This document shows, one piece after another, positions 45,335 to 56,511 of a DNA stretch of 64,000 bases. Both the position numbers and the translations under genes were made by a program. The stretch's first letter is position 1; each line of letters opens with the position of its first letter. The notes beneath the pieces are model-generated. The model ran no database searches. It saw nothing but the letters and a program-made list of their open reading frames with translations, and had not been told where the DNA came from. Source of the stretch: Alphaproteobacteria bacterium (GTDB taxonomy: Bacteria > Pseudomonadota > Alphaproteobacteria > JAAXGF01); contig CAUVXB020000001.1 in the NCBI GenBank assembly GCA_963555825.3, positions 960,001-1,024,000 on the forward strand, given 5' to 3'.

Positions 45335-46513
45335 TCACGCACCTTCGACAAGACTCGCGGACAACACACGGGCCGCCTTATCCAGCGCCGTGACATCGTC
45401 CAGACTCCCGAGCGGCAAAAGCGGAATCCGTTCCAACGTCCGCTCGACGATGCGCACTATATCCAGGAAACCGATTTTGCGGGCAAGGAATCCGTTGACC
45501 GCAACTTCGTTGGCGGCGCTCAAGACAGTTGGCGCGCCGTCGCCGATTTGCAAGCACTCGCGAGCCAGACGAAGCGCCGGAAAACGCGTTTCATCGGGTG
45601 CCTCGAAGGTCAGCTGCGCGATTTCGGCGAGATTCAGGCGTGACGTCGGCGTCGCGATCCGCGCCGGCCATCCGAGCGTATAGGCGATCGGCGTGCGCAT
45701 GTCGGGCGGCCCGAGCTGAGCCAGCACCGAACCATCGACATAGGCGACCAGGCTGTGCACGACCGACTGGGGGTGGATCACCACCTCGATTTGCTCGGCC
45801 GGTAAGGTGAAGAGGTGATGCGCTTCGATCACCTCCAGACCCTTGTTCATCAAGGTCGCCGAATCGACCGAAATTTTCGCGCCCATGTCCCAGTTCGGGT
45901 GTGCAACCGCCTGCTCCGGCGTCACATCGGCCATGGCATTGACGCCGAGTTCGCGGAACGGGCCGCCCGAGGCGGTCAGGATGATGCGCTCGATCGACGC
46001 GCGCCGTTCGAAGTCGAAAACCTGAAAGATCGCGTTATGCTCGGAATCGACGGGCAACAGCGTGGCGCCGCTGGCGCGCACCTCGGCCATCAACATCGAT
46101 CCAGCGCAGATCAGCGCCTCTTTGTTGGCGAGTGCGACAATCGCGCCGCGGCGCACTGCCGCGAGGGTCGGCGCGAGGCCCGCGGCACCCACGATTGCCG
46201 CCATGACCCAGTCCGACGGCCGCTCGGCGGCCTCGACCAGGGCCTGAGACCCGGCGGCGGTCTCGATACCCGTGCCCGACAGCGCGTTCTTGAGCGGCAG
46301 GTACAAATCGGGCTCCGCGATCACCGCGAGACGCGACCCGAGACGCATCGCCTGATCGGCGAGCAGGTCGACGTTGCTGCGCGCGGTCAGCGCCTCGACG
46401 TCGTAAGCCTCGCGATGGCGTTCGATCAGGTCGATCGTGTTCTGACCGACCGAGCCGGTCGACCCGAGTACCGTCACGCGGCGCGGCGGAGCGGCCGGGT
46501 TGCATGCCGTCAT
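45335..46513 (-). CDS. dxr: 1-deoxy-D-xylulose-5-phosphate reductoisomerase
   Basis: LGSTGSVG, LANKE, PVDSEH, HPNWDMG, NKGLE. Confidence 0.96.
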   Translation of the reverse strand: MTACNPAAPPRRVTVLGSTGSVGQNTIDLIERHREAYDVEALTARSNVDLLADQAMRLGSRLAVIAEPDLYLPLKNALSGTGIETAAGSQALVEAAERPSDWVMAAIVGAAGLAPTLAAVRRGAIVALANKEALICAGSMLMAEVRASGATLLPVDSEHNAIFQVFDFERRASIERIILTASGGPFRELGVNAMADVTPEQAVAHPNWDMGAKISVDSATLMNKGLEVIEAHHLFTLPAEQIEVVIHPQSVVHSLVAYVDGSVLAQLGPPDMRTPIAYTLGWPARIATPTSRLNLAEIAQLTFEAPDETRFPALRLARECLQIGDGAPTVLSAANEVAVNGFLARKIGFLDIVRIVERTLERIPLLPLGSLDDVTALDKAARVLSASLVEGA

Positions 46514-47220
46514 CGCCATGCCAGGACCCCCTCGCCGGTGACCAGCGTCAGGGCGGCGACGGCGGGTGCCGCGGTCAACAGCCCGTCGAGCCGGTCGAGA
46601 ACGCCGCCGTGTCCCGGGATGAGATGCCCGCTGTCCTTCACGCCGAAGCGGCGCTTGACCATCGATTCGAGCAAATCTCCCGCCTGGGCGACCACCGCGA
46701 GCAACGCACTGATCACAATCAACGGTACGACGCGCGACAGATCGAGCAACAGCGCCGTAGCGGCGCCGATGAGCGCGGCACAAACCATGCCGCCGAGCAG
46801 CCCAGCCCAAGTCTTCCCGGGACTGATACGCGGCGCGAGCTTGGGTCCACCGATGCCACGCCCGGCAAAATAGGCGCCGATGTCGGTCGCCCATACCACG
46901 GCGAACAGCCAGAAGATGGCTTGGCGCCCGACTGCCGCGTCCGAACGCAGCCAGATGATCGCGATACAGGGCGCGGCTATGTAAACGACCCCGGCGGCCA
47001 ACCAAAGCCAACGCCTGTGCGCCGCCCCGCTCGCGCTGGCGTCGATACTGCACAGGCGACGCCATTCATCGGCCATCAGCGCCGCCGCCAGCAATACGAG
47101 GATATTGAACGCGGCCCCCCCGACATAGGCAAGACCCAGGGCAACCGGGATCAATACCAACCCGGAGAGCACCCGCAGGCCGAGACCGCTGCCCACCACG
47201 CTATCCGCTCGAAGCGCCAT
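46510..47220 (-). CDS. cdsA: Phosphatidate cytidylyltransferase
   Basis: SPGKTWAG, ESMVKR..KDSG..PGHGGVLDRLD. Confidence 0.94.
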   Translation of the reverse strand: MALRADSVVGSGLGLRVLSGLVLIPVALGLAYVGGAAFNILVLLAAALMADEWRRLCSIDASASGAAHRRWLWLAAGVVYIAAPCIAIIWLRSDAAVGRQAIFWLFAVVWATDIGAYFAGRGIGGPKLAPRISPGKTWAGLLGGMVCAALIGAATALLLDLSRVVPLIVISALLAVVAQAGDLLESMVKRRFGVKDSGHLIPGHGGVLDRLDGLLTAAPAVAALTLVTGEGVLAWR

Positions 47221-47935
47221 AGCGTCGATCGCGGCGGCGAAACTCTTCGATTGCCGCGTCCAGGTGGTCTTTGGTGAATTCAGGCCACATGACCGGTGTG
47301 AACACCAACTCGGTATAGGCCGACTGCCAGAGCAGGAAATTGCTCAAACGCTGCTCGCCACTCGTGCGGATCAACAGGTCGGGATCGGGCGACCCGTTCG
47401 TCGCGAGATACGCGGCGAAATCATCATCGCTCACAGTTGCCGGATCGACGCGCCCCGCGATCGCGTCTTCGGCGAGACGCCGCGCCGCGGACGCGATCTC
47501 GCGCCGCGCGCCATAGTTCAGCGCCACGGTCAGTGTCAAACCGCTGTTCTGGCGCGTGTCGCGCTCCGCCTCGTTGACCAGCACATTGATATCCGCGGGT
47601 AGGCGGTCGAGATCGCCGATAAAGCGCAGACGCACGTTCGAATTGGCGAGTTCGGCGAGTTCACGCCTGATATAGAGACGTAACAGCCCCATCAAATCGT
47701 CGACCTCGCTGGTCGGACGCTTCCAGTTCTCCGAGGAAAACGCATAGATCGTCAGATAGGAGATACCGATCTCATGGGCGTGCCGCACGATTTCGCGAAC
47801 CACCTCGGCGCCTTGCTGGTGGCCGGCGATGCGCGGCAGGCCCCGCGCCCTCGCCCAGCGGCCGTTGCCGTCCATGATGATCGCGACGTGAAGCGGCGAC
47901 GAAAACTCGGACCCTAAGCTGGCGGCAGCCTCCAT
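47201..47935 (-). CDS. uppS: Undecaprenyl diphosphate synthase
   Basis: IIMDGNGRWA, FSSENWKRP, RTSGEQRLSNF. Confidence 0.96.
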   Translation of the reverse strand: MEAAASLGSEFSSPLHVAIIMDGNGRWARARGLPRIAGHQQGAEVVREIVRHAHEIGISYLTIYAFSSENWKRPTSEVDDLMGLLRLYIRRELAELANSNVRLRFIGDLDRLPADINVLVNEAERDTRQNSGLTLTVALNYGARREIASAARRLAEDAIAGRVDPATVSDDDFAAYLATNGSPDPDLLIRTSGEQRLSNFLLWQSAYTELVFTPVMWPEFTKDHLDAAIEEFRRRDRRYGASSG

Positions 47936-47937
47936 GG

Positions 47938-48495
47938 CTAAACCTGCATGATTTCCGTTTGCTTGGTCTCGAGCATCGAGTCGATCTTCTCGATGTGCTC
48001 GTCGGTGATCGACTGGACCTCGTCGCCCCAGAGGCGGTGGTCGTCCTCTGAAAGCTCGCCGTCCTTTTCCATGCGCTTTAGCTTGTTGATGCCGTCGTGA
48101 CGAACGTTGCGCGCTGCGATACGCGCCTGTTCCGCATACTTACCCGCGACGCGGCTGAGTTCTTCGCGCCGCTCCTCGTTGAGCTCGGGGATCGGAACGC
48201 GGACGAATTGCCCATCGGCCATCGGATTGAGGCCAAGGTCGGCATCGCGAATCGCCTTCTCGACCGCCTTGGACATCGATTTGTCCCAGACCTGTACACT
48301 GATCATTCGGGGCTCGGGGACGTTGATCGTTGCGACCTGGTTGATCGGCATTTGCGTGCCGTAAGCCTCGACGGTCACCGGCTCGAGCAGGCTGGGCGTT
48401 GCACGGCCGGTTCGCAGGCCGGCGAATTCCTTGCGCAATACCTCGACCGCGCCGTCCATACGGCGGACCAAGTCGTCAATGTCCGGATCTTCCAC
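47938..48495 (-). CDS. frr: Ribosome recycling factor
   Basis: LRTGRA, LGLNP, EERR motifs. Confidence 0.96.
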   Translation of the reverse strand: MEDPDIDDLVRRMDGAVEVLRKEFAGLRTGRATPSLLEPVTVEAYGTQMPINQVATINVPEPRMISVQVWDKSMSKAVEKAIRDADLGLNPMADGQFVRVPIPELNEERREELSRVAGKYAEQARIAARNVRHDGINKLKRMEKDGELSEDDHRLWGDEVQSITDEHIEKIDSMLETKQTEIMQV

Positions 48496-48509
48496 GTCTC
48501 GTTACTCCC

Positions 48510-49247
48510 TCACGCGCGCTTCGCTTCTTCCTCGCCGATGACCGTGCAACGCCCGCGTCCGGCGATGACCTCGGCGAGCGTCCCGGGCTCACGGATCGAG
48601 AACACCAGGATCGGAATGCCGTTTTCGCGCGCCAACGAAATCGCCGACGCGTCCATCACCTTGAGATCGCGCGACAACACGTCGAGATAAGTCAGGTGAT
48701 CGTAGCGCACGGCATCGGTAGAGCGCACTGGATCGTCGGAATACACCCCGTCGACCTTGGTCGCCTTGAGCAACACATCGCAATCCATTTCGGTCGCGCG
48801 CAGCGCCGCCGCCGTATCCGTCGTAAAGAACGGGTTGCCCGTGCCGGCGCCGAATACGACAACCCTGCCCTTCTCCATATGGCGCACCGCGCGCCGCCGG
48901 ATATAGCGCTCGCAGACGGTTTCCATCGGGATCGCGGACAGCACGCGGGTCTCGAGGCCGAGCCGCTCGAAAGCGTTCTGCAGTGCCAGTGCGTTGATCA
49001 CCGTGGCGAGCATGCCGATGTGATCGGCGGCCGCGCGCTCCATGCCGTTGGCCGCAGCCTCGACGCCTCGGAAGATGTTGCCGCCGCCGACGACGACGCA
49101 GATCTGGACCTGCATGTCGTGTACGTCGCGGACTTCCTGGGCGACCCGATTGACCGTCGTCTGATCGAGGCCATAGCCTTGATCGCCCATCAACGCCTCA
49201 CCGGACAGTTTCAGAAGGACACGGCGAAACACGGCGGTTGACGGCAT
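48510..49247 (-). CDS. pyrH: UMP kinase
   Basis: [24 protein letters not shown]. Confidence 0.97.
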   Translation of the reverse strand: MPSTAVFRRVLLKLSGEALMGDQGYGLDQTTVNRVAQEVRDVHDMQVQICVVVGGGNIFRGVEAAANGMERAAADHIGMLATVINALALQNAFERLGLETRVLSAIPMETVCERYIRRRAVRHMEKGRVVVFGAGTGNPFFTTDTAAALRATEMDCDVLLKATKVDGVYSDDPVRSTDAVRYDHLTYLDVLSRDLKVMDASAISLARENGIPILVFSIREPGTLAEVIAGRGRCTVIGEEEAKRA

Positions 49248-49381
49248 GACGTTCCCAGATAGCCCAGGTTCAAGGCTCGTCCAGTTGGCCCAGACGATGC
49301 CCGGCGGCGAGGATACACCATCCGCCCTGCGTCCGCACCCGCTTTGCCGGTACCGCGCAGCGCAACGGTGCCGCGCAGCGC

Positions 49382-50311
49382 CTATGTGGCGAGTTGGGCG
49401 GCCACCTCGGCGGCGAAGTCGGTGCTTTCCTTCTCGATGCCCTCGCCGAGGGCGAAACGGACGAAACCCGTAACCGAGACCGGCGCGCCGATGTCGCCCG
49501 CTGCGTCTTCCAGAACCTTGGCAAGCTTGCGGTCGGTGTCGAAGACGAACGCCTGTTCGAGCAATACGATTTCCTCGAAAAACTTGCGCAAGCGGCCCTC
49601 GACCATCTTCTCGACGATGTTTTCGGGCTTGCCCGATTCACGGGCCTGATCGGCGAAGATGTTGCGCTCGCGCTCGATGGTTGCCGCGGCGACGTCCCCA
49701 GTCGAGACGGCCTCGGGGCGCGCGTGCGCAATATGCATCGCGATCCGCCTGCCCAGCGCGGCGAGCTTCTCGCCGTCGCCGGCTGATTCGAGCGCGACGA
49801 GCACGCCGATCCGGCCGAGGTTCGGCGCCGTTACACCGTGCATATAACTCGCCACGACCCCTTCATTCACTGCCAGCGAAGCAGCGCGCCGCAGCTGAAT
49901 GTTCTCGCCGATCGTCCCGACGAGTTCGGTGACCTTGTCGGCGACGTTCGAACTCGAACCGGGGTACGTCGCGGCGGAAAGCGCCTCGATATCGTCGCCC
50001 GTGTCGAGCGCGAGTCCCGCGATCGATCGCACGGCTTCCTGAAACTGCCCGTTGCGCGCGACGAAGTCGGTCTCGGTGTTGACCTCGATGACGGCCCCCC
50101 GGAGCGCCTCGCTGGCGATACCGACCAACCCGTCGCTGGCGACGCGGCCGGCCTTCTTGGCCGCCGCGGCGAGTCCCTTCGTGCGCAGTAGATCGACGGC
50201 CGATTCCATGTCGCCGTCGGTTTCGCCCAACGCCCGCTTGCAATCCATCATACCCGCGCCGGTGCGTTCACGCAGGGTCTTTACCTGTGCGGCAGTGATC
50301 TCCGCCATCAT
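49382..50311 (-). CDS. tsf: Elongation factor Ts
   Basis: [19 protein letters not shown]. Confidence 0.97.
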   Translation of the reverse strand: MMAEITAAQVKTLRERTGAGMMDCKRALGETDGDMESAVDLLRTKGLAAAAKKAGRVASDGLVGIASEALRGAVIEVNTETDFVARNGQFQEAVRSIAGLALDTGDDIEALSAATYPGSSSNVADKVTELVGTIGENIQLRRAASLAVNEGVVASYMHGVTAPNLGRIGVLVALESAGDGEKLAALGRRIAMHIAHARPEAVSTGDVAAATIERERNIFADQARESGKPENIVEKMVEGRLRKFFEEIVLLEQAFVFDTDRKLAKVLEDAAGDIGAPVSVTGFVRFALGEGIEKESTDFAAEVAAQLAT

Positions 50312-50379
50312 TCACCTCGTCTTGGAGCTATCCGTCGTAAGTCGTTTATACGGTGGAGATATCTCTCACCGTGCTAGTG

Positions 50380-51501
50380 CTAAGCACCGGCTGCGGGCGC
50401 CTCGTCGGACTTCTTCGTCTGGTCCTCGGCAGGCGCGGTTGCGTCGGCCGTTTCGGCCTCGGTGACCGCCTCGACCGCCTCGGGTTCGACGCTGGTGTCT
50501 TCGGCCGCCGCCTCGGCCTCGGCACCGGCTTCCGCCGCCGCCGGGGCTTCAACTGCCGGTTCGGCCGCAGAGGCTTTCGCCGCCGCCGGGGCTTCGGCCG
50601 CCGGTTCGGCCGCAGCGGCTTTCGCCGCCGCCGGGGCTTCGGCCGCCGGCTCGGCCGCAGCGGCTTCTTCCGCCGCCGGGGCTTCGGCCGCGGGTTCGGC
50701 CGCAGCGGCTTCTTCCGCCGCCGCCTCGGTCGCGGCTGCCTCTTCTTCGGCCGGAATCAGGTCTTCGGGCAGCTCCTCGGCCGCGCCGATATCGACGCCC
50801 GAAGCGGTCATCTCCTGCTGGATGCCGTCGAGAACCGCGTCCGACATCAGCTGACAATAAAGGCTGATCGCCCGGATCGCGTCGTCGTTGCCCGGAATTG
50901 GGAAGGTCACCGGGTCCGGATCCGAATTGCTGTCGATGATGGCGACGACTGGAATGCTCAGTTTGTTGGCCTCGGCGATCGCGATGTCTTCTTTGTTGGT
51001 GTCGATGACGAACATGATGTCGGGCAAGCCACCCATGTCCTTGATGCCGCCCAGCGCGCGCTCGAGCTTGTCGCGCTCACGGGTCAGCCGCAGCAGCTCC
51101 TTCTTGGTCAGTCCGGTGTCGTCTTCCCCGCCGAGCTGCTCCTCGAGCGTGCGCAACCGCCGGATCGATACCGAGATCGTCTTCCAGTTGGTCAGCATAC
51201 CGCCAAGCCAGCGGTGGTTGACGTAGAACTGGCCACAGCGCTGGGCCGCCGCCGCAACCGGTTCGACCGCCTGGCGCTTGGTGCCGACGAACAGCACGCG
51301 GCCGCCGCCGGCGACGATGTCACGCGTCGCCTTCAACGTGTGGTGCAACATCGGCACCGTCTGCTGCAAGTCGATGATATGCGCGCCATTGCGAATGCCG
51401 AAGAGGTACTGCGACATCTTCGGGTTCCAACGGCGCGTCTGATGACCGAAATGGGCGCCGGCTTCGAGAAGCTGACGCATCGTGAACTCAGGCAGAGCCA
51501 T
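50380..51501 (-). CDS. rpsB: 30S ribosomal protein S2 with long Ala/Glu/Pro tail
   Basis: [32 protein letters not shown]. Confidence 0.97.
   Translation of the reverse strand: MALPEFTMRQLLEAGAHFGHQTRRWNPKMSQYLFGIRNGAHIIDLQQTVPMLHHTLKATRDIVAGGGRVLFVGTKRQAVEPVAAAAQRCGQFYVNHRWLGGMLTNWKTISVSIRRLRTLEEQLGGEDDTGLTKKELLRLTRERDKLERALGGIKDMGGLPDIMFVIDTNKEDIAIAEANKLSIPVVAIIDSNSDPDPVTFPIPGNDDAIRAISLYCQLMSDAVLDGIQQEMTASGVDIGAAEELPEDLIPAEEEAAATEAAAEEAAAAEPAAEAPAAEEAAAAEPAAEAPAAAKAAAAEPAAEAPAAAKASAAEPAVEAPAAAEAGAEAEAAAEDTSVEPEAVEAVTEAETADATAPAEDQTKKSDEAPAAGA
50534..50713 (-). repeat. 4 x 45-bp tandem repeat in the rpsB tail ([15 protein letters not shown])
   Basis: GCCGCCGGGGCTTC recurs at a 45-nt period. 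Confidence 0.9.
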
Positions 51502-51504
51502 GTG

Positions 51505-51615
51505 AAATCGTCCTTTATCCGGTTGGCCTCCGCGGGCTGTGGTCCGACGAATAAGCCGGACACCGGAACGACGATCGTGGATGATCCCACGCCGCCGGAA
51601 CCCGCGTGCGTTGTA
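51505..51615 (-). promoter_or_regulatory. Probable S2 (rpsB) autoregulatory leader
   Basis: 5' UTR with CACGC, GGTGT and GGAGG elements and a CCGGT/ACCGG stem, as in S2 leaders. Confidence 0.55.
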
Positions 51616-51682
51616 AGTGGCGTGCTTGTAGCCGCTTCGCCTTGGGGCCGCAAGCGAAAAGGCGTTCGAAAACCCGCCCCGG

Positions 51683-52189
51683 TTACGCCATGTCGTCCGA
51701 GCCGGCGGTGGCGCCGCTCGCCGAGGACCGGCGCACCGAAGGATAACTGTATGAAGCGTAGCGCAGTATCAGAACTGCGATCGACAGCACGAGTATGCCG
51801 GCAGTGACGACGATCAAGCCGTAATGCGGTTCCGTGATGGCTTTCTCGAGATCGATATGTTCCAAATTCGCCATGCCGATCAAGAGCCGCGTCAGCGCGG
51901 TCAACGCCACGTAGATCAGGAATCGTACGGGCATATGGTTGGTGGTGAAGTAGATGCCCACCATGGCGCCCAGCTCCAGGTAAATGAACAACAGGAGAAT
52001 GTCCTCGACACTGGCATGTCCACGGGCAACCATATCGAAGAAAGCGAGGACGGCGGCCCAAACGATCGTCGCGCCGATGGCGAAAAGGGCCAGGACATGA
52101 AATCCGCTCACCAACGTCGAGCCGATCTTGTCGGCGACGTCATGGGCCTTGTGACTGAACTGCTCGAATCGATCAGTACCACCAGTCAT
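51683..52189 (-). CDS. psiE: PsiE-family membrane protein
   Basis: [34 protein letters not shown]; 4 TM. Confidence 0.8.
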   Translation of the reverse strand: MTGGTDRFEQFSHKAHDVADKIGSTLVSGFHVLALFAIGATIVWAAVLAFFDMVARGHASVEDILLLFIYLELGAMVGIYFTTNHMPVRFLIYVALTALTRLLIGMANLEHIDLEKAITEPHYGLIVVTAGILVLSIAVLILRYASYSYPSVRRSSASGATAGSDDMA

Positions 52190-52248
52190 CGTGCGTACCT
52201 CCCCGAACCAGTTAGCGTTTCAATGGGCCAGGGTCGCGCGGTGGCCAG

Positions 52249-55200
52249 TCAGACTTCGTGAACCGCAGCAACCCCGGGAAGCACCTTGATGGCCATGCAG
52301 ACGGCCGGTGAGACCTTATAGCCGCCTGGCAGCTCGACCTCGACTTCGCGGTCGTCGAGTTCGACCATGACGCGGACGTGCCCGCCTCCCCGCCCGGCTT
52401 CCGAAAGCGCCGCGTGCAGACGGCGTAACGCCGCCTCACCGGCAAGATGGACCGTCAAGCCCGTATCGCCGTTCTGCACGACGTCGTCGAGCGCTTGCAG
52501 CGTGCGGGCGGTGACGCGCAGGATGTCGCCGTCGAGCCTCAACTCGGCCGGGACGAATAGCGGCCGGCCGGCCTCGAGCAGCTCGCGGCCGGCCGACAGG
52601 ACTTCGGCGAACACGGCGACCTCGACGGCGCCGGTCTGGTCCGACAACTGGATGAAGGCGAACCGGCTGCCACGCGACGAGCGCCGTTCCTGCTTGTCGA
52701 CGACGACGCCCGCGAGGTTGACCTGCGGCCCGCCGCTGGCCGCCATGCGGGCTTCGAGTTCGGCGATCGGCGTCACGCCCGCACGGGTGAGCCGTGGGCC
52801 GTAGGCGTCGAGCGGATGCGCCGACAGATAGAAGCCGATCGCGTCACGTTCCTGTTGCAGGCGGTCCATCGGCGCCCAATCGTCGGCGTCGGGCAGATCG
52901 GGCGACGGCGTCGCGTCGGCGGCGTAGCCTTCGCCGAACATGTTGGTCTGGCTCGAGGCGCGCTCGATGACGGCGGCATTGGCGTAACGCATCAGTGTTT
53001 CGACCGCGTTGAAGACGCGGGCCCGGTTCGGCTCCAAGCCGTCGAACACGCCCGCGCGGGCGAGGTTTTCGAGCTGACGTTTGTTGATGACGCGCGGATC
53101 GACACGCTCGGCCAGATCGAACAGGTCCTTGTAGGGTCCCTTTGCGTCGCGCTCGTCGACCAGCGAGGCCATCGCCTGGGCACCGACGTTCTTGACCGCC
53201 GCCAGGGCGTACCGAATCGCCCCCTTTCCGGCGCTATCCAGGGCGACCGTGAATTCGACGCCCGAATGATTGATGTCGGGCGGCAACAGCGCGATGCCAA
53301 GGCGCGCGAGTTCGCGATGGAAGGTATTGATCTTATCGGTGTTGCCCAGTTCCAGGCTCATCGAAGCGGCGAAGAATTCGAGCGGATAGTTGGCTTTGAC
53401 GTAGGCCGTCTGATAGGCGACCAGCGCGTAGGCCGCGGCGTGGCTCTTGTTGAAGCCGTAGCCGGCGAACTTGGCGACGAGGTCGAAGATATGGGCCGCC
53501 TGGCGCGTCGACACACCGCGCTCGACCGCGCCGGAGATGAAGGTCTCGCGCTGAGCGTCCATCTCCGACTTGATCTTCTTGCCCATGGCGCGGCGCAGCA
53601 GATCGGCGCCGCCCAGGCTGTAGCCCGACAGGACCCGCGCGATCTCCATCACCTGTTCCTGATAGATGATGACGCCCGACGTCTCCTTGAGAATGCCCTC
53701 GAGCGACGGGTGCAGGTAGTCGGGCACCTCCTCGCCGTGCCGGCAGGCGATGTAGCGTGGGATGTTGTCCATCGGTCCCGGCCGGTAGAGCGCGACCAAG
53801 GCGATGATGTCCTCGAAGCTGTCGGGCCGAAGACGGCGCAGCACATCGCGCATGCCAGAACCTTCGAGCTGGAACACGCCGACCGTGTCGCCGCGGCTCA
53901 GCATCTCGTAGCTGGCGGTGTTGTCGAGCGGAATCGTAGCAAGATTGAGCTTAATCCCGCGCTTTTCGAGATGCAGTCGCGCGCGCTCCAACACGGTCAA
54001 GGTCTTGAGCCCGAGGAAATCGAATTTGACCAGCCCCGATTTCTCGGCGTCGCCCATGGCGAACTGGGTCACCGGCATATCGGAGCGCGGGTCGCGGTAG
54101 AGTGGCACCAGCTCGTCGAGCGGTCGGTCGGCAATGACCACGCCCGCGGCATGGGTCGAGGCATGCCGATTGAGGCCCTCGAGCTTCTGGGCGACGTCGA
54201 TGAGCTGCGCGACGTTCTCGTCGGCGACGCGTTCCGCCTCGAGCCGCGGCTCGGCGGCGAGAGCCTGAGCGAGCGTCAAGGGGTTCGCCGGGTTGTTGGG
54301 CACCAGCTTGCAAATCCGGTCGACCAGACCGTAAGGCATCTCGTTCACGCGACCGACGTCGCGCAGCGCGGCGCGCGCGCGCAAGGTACCGAATGTAATG
54401 ATCTGCGCCACCTGATCACGGCCGTATTTTTCCTGCACGTGGCGGATTACCTCGTCGCGACGCTCTTCGCAGAAGTCGATGTCGAAGTCGGGCATCGAGA
54501 CGCGTTCGGGATTGAGGAAGCGTTCGAACAGGAGGCCGAAGCGCAGCGGGTCGAGGTCGGTGATGGTGAGCGACCAGGCGACGACCGAGCCGGCGCCCGA
54601 GCCACGCCCGGGACCGACCGGAATGCCCTGCGCCTTGGACCATCGGACGAACTCGGCAACGATCAGGAAATAGCCCTGGTAGTTCATGCCGATGATGACC
54701 TCGAGCTCGAACTCGAGCCGTTCGCGGTAGGGCGTCGCCGCCGCGCCCTCGATGCCGCCCGACGCGAGACGACCATCGAGACCCTTGCGCGCAATGTCGC
54801 GCAGCTCGTCCGCCTCGCTCTCGTGTCCGGCGCTGACCGGGAAGGCCGGCAGGAAGGGCTCGCGCCTGGGGGTGCGAACCGCGCAGCGCTGCGCGATGAC
54901 CAGCGTGTTGTCGATCGCCTCGGGCAGATCGGCGAACAGCGCGCGCATCTCGGCCGCCGACTTAAAACGGTGCTCGGGCGTCAAGCGCCGGCGGTCGTCG
55001 CGGCTCACCGTCGTGCTCTCGGCGATGCACAAAAGGGCGTCTTGGGCGCTGAACATGCCGGCGTCGGAGAAGAAGACATCGTTGGTCGCGACGAGCGGCA
55101 GATCGTGGCCGTAGGCGAGGTCGACCAGCGCCGGCTCGATGCGCCGTTCGTCGTCGAGACCGTGGCGCACCAGCTCGACGTAAAGCCGCCCAGGAAACAG

Positions 55201-55698
55201 TGCCTTGAGCCGCGTCAACGCGGCCTCGGCCTGTGCCGCCTGACCATCGACCAGAAGTCGGCCGACCGGCCCGCCCGGGCCACCGCTCAACACGATCAGG
55301 CCGTCAGCATGACGCGCCAGATCGCCCCAGCCCACTTGCGGCACTTCTCCCGCATCGACATCGAGGAAGGCATGGCTCGAGAGCTTGACCAGATTGCCGT
55401 ACCCGCTCTCATTGGCGGCCAGCACGATCAGCCGGTCGGGCGGCGGCGCGTGGCCGTTGTGGCTGCCGCCATCCTCGCGTCGGAGCGGCAACAGGCAGCC
55501 GACGATCGGCTGCACGCCGCCCCCACAGCAAGCGTCCGAGAATTGCATGGCGCCGAACAGGTTGGCGGTATCGGTAATCGCCACGGCGGGCATGCGATTG
55601 TCGCGGCATAAGCCGACCAGATCGTCGATCTTCAACGCCCCCTCGGACAGCGAGAAGGTCGTGTGGACGCGGAGATGGACGAATTCGGCGTGGTTCAT
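52249..55698 (-). CDS. dnaE: DNA polymerase III alpha subunit
   Basis: PHP domain, GPGRGSGAGS, MPDFDIDF, KFDFLGL, YGFNKSH. Confidence 0.97.
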   Translation of the reverse strand: MNHAEFVHLRVHTTFSLSEGALKIDDLVGLCRDNRMPAVAITDTANLFGAMQFSDACCGGGVQPIVGCLLPLRREDGGSHNGHAPPPDRLIVLAANESGYGNLVKLSSHAFLDVDAGEVPQVGWGDLARHADGLIVLSGGPGGPVGRLLVDGQAAQAEAALTRLKALFPGRLYVELVRHGLDDERRIEPALVDLAYGHDLPLVATNDVFFSDAGMFSAQDALLCIAESTTVSRDDRRRLTPEHRFKSAAEMRALFADLPEAIDNTLVIAQRCAVRTPRREPFLPAFPVSAGHESEADELRDIARKGLDGRLASGGIEGAAATPYRERLEFELEVIIGMNYQGYFLIVAEFVRWSKAQGIPVGPGRGSGAGSVVAWSLTITDLDPLRFGLLFERFLNPERVSMPDFDIDFCEERRDEVIRHVQEKYGRDQVAQIITFGTLRARAALRDVGRVNEMPYGLVDRICKLVPNNPANPLTLAQALAAEPRLEAERVADENVAQLIDVAQKLEGLNRHASTHAAGVVIADRPLDELVPLYRDPRSDMPVTQFAMGDAEKSGLVKFDFLGLKTLTVLERARLHLEKRGIKLNLATIPLDNTASYEMLSRGDTVGVFQLEGSGMRDVLRRLRPDSFEDIIALVALYRPGPMDNIPRYIACRHGEEVPDYLHPSLEGILKETSGVIIYQEQVMEIARVLSGYSLGGADLLRRAMGKKIKSEMDAQRETFISGAVERGVSTRQAAHIFDLVAKFAGYGFNKSHAAAYALVAYQTAYVKANYPLEFFAASMSLELGNTDKINTFHRELARLGIALLPPDINHSGVEFTVALDSAGKGAIRYALAAVKNVGAQAMASLVDERDAKGPYKDLFDLAERVDPRVINKRQLENLARAGVFDGLEPNRARVFNAVETLMRYANAAVIERASSQTNMFGEGYAADATPSPDLPDADDWAPMDRLQQERDAIGFYLSAHPLDAYGPRLTRAGVTPIAELEARMAASGGPQVNLAGVVVDKQERRSSRGSRFAFIQLSDQTGAVEVAVFAEVLSAGRELLEAGRPLFVPAELRLDGDILRVTARTLQALDDVVQNGDTGLTVHLAGEAALRRLHAALSEAGRGGGHVRVMVELDDREVEVELPGGYKVSPAVCMAIKVLPGVAAVHEV

Positions 55699-55771
55699 GT
55701 TCAGCGCGGCGGTCGCTCAGGTGACACGCCCAAGATCGCACAAGCCACCCTTCCTGTCAGCGCGAACAGGC

Positions 55772-55822
55772 CGGCAACATGTCGTGGAAAACCGATTCTT
55801 CGCCACAGCATGTTGTGGATAA
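55772..55822. promoter_or_regulatory. Tandem NrdR-like boxes (31-bp offset) plus perfect DnaA box upstream of dnaE
   Basis: CGGCAACATGTCGTGG 55772-55787; CCACAGCATGTTGTGG 55803-55818; TGTGGATAA 55814-55822. Confidence 0.55.
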
Positions 55823-55830
55823 CCGGCGTT

Positions 55831-56511
55831 CTAGCGGGCCGCGACGACGCCGTCCTCGATCTCGAGCAAACGATCCATTCGCTCGGCGAGGAGCGGGTTG
55901 TGGGTCGCGATCAGCGCGGCGAGGCCGGTTTGGCGGACCAGCCCGAGCAGTTCGTCGAAGACCGCTTCGGCGGTCGCCGGGTCGAGGTTGCCAGTCGGCT
56001 CGTCGGCGAGCAGGACGGCCGGCCGATTGGCCATCGCCCGGGCGATGGCGACGCGCTGCTGCTCGCCGCCCGACAGCTGCCCCGGGCGATGATCGGCGCG
56101 CGGCTCGATGCCGAGGCGGGCGAGCAGCTCGCGCGCGCGGTCGCGGGCCGCGGCACGGCCGACGCCGGCGATCATCTGGGGCAGCACGACGTTCTCGAGC
56201 GCCGAGAACTCGGGCAGCAGGTGGTGGAACTGATAGATGAAACCGAGCCGCTCGCGCCGCAGACGGGTGCGCTCACCATCGCCAAGCTTGCCGCAGGGCG
56301 TGCCGCCGATGACGACCTCGCCACCGTCGGGACGCTCCAAGAGGCCGGCGATGTGCAACAGCGTCGACTTGCCGGCGCCCGACGGGCCGACCAAGGCGAC
56401 GATCTCGCCGCCGGCCAGGCTGAGCGACGCGCCGCGCAGCACGTCGAGCCGCGTGGCGCCCTGGGTGAAACTGCGCCGGATGTCGTCGGCGACGAGCGCC
56501 GGCTCATTCAT
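55831..56511 (-). CDS. lolD: Lipoprotein-releasing ABC transporter ATPase
   Basis: [31 protein letters not shown]. Confidence 0.93.
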   Translation of the reverse strand: MNEPALVADDIRRSFTQGATRLDVLRGASLSLAGGEIVALVGPSGAGKSTLLHIAGLLERPDGGEVVIGGTPCGKLGDGERTRLRRERLGFIYQFHHLLPEFSALENVVLPQMIAGVGRAAARDRARELLARLGIEPRADHRPGQLSGGEQQRVAIARAMANRPAVLLADEPTGNLDPATAEAVFDELLGLVRQTGLAALIATHNPLLAERMDRLLEIEDGVVAAR

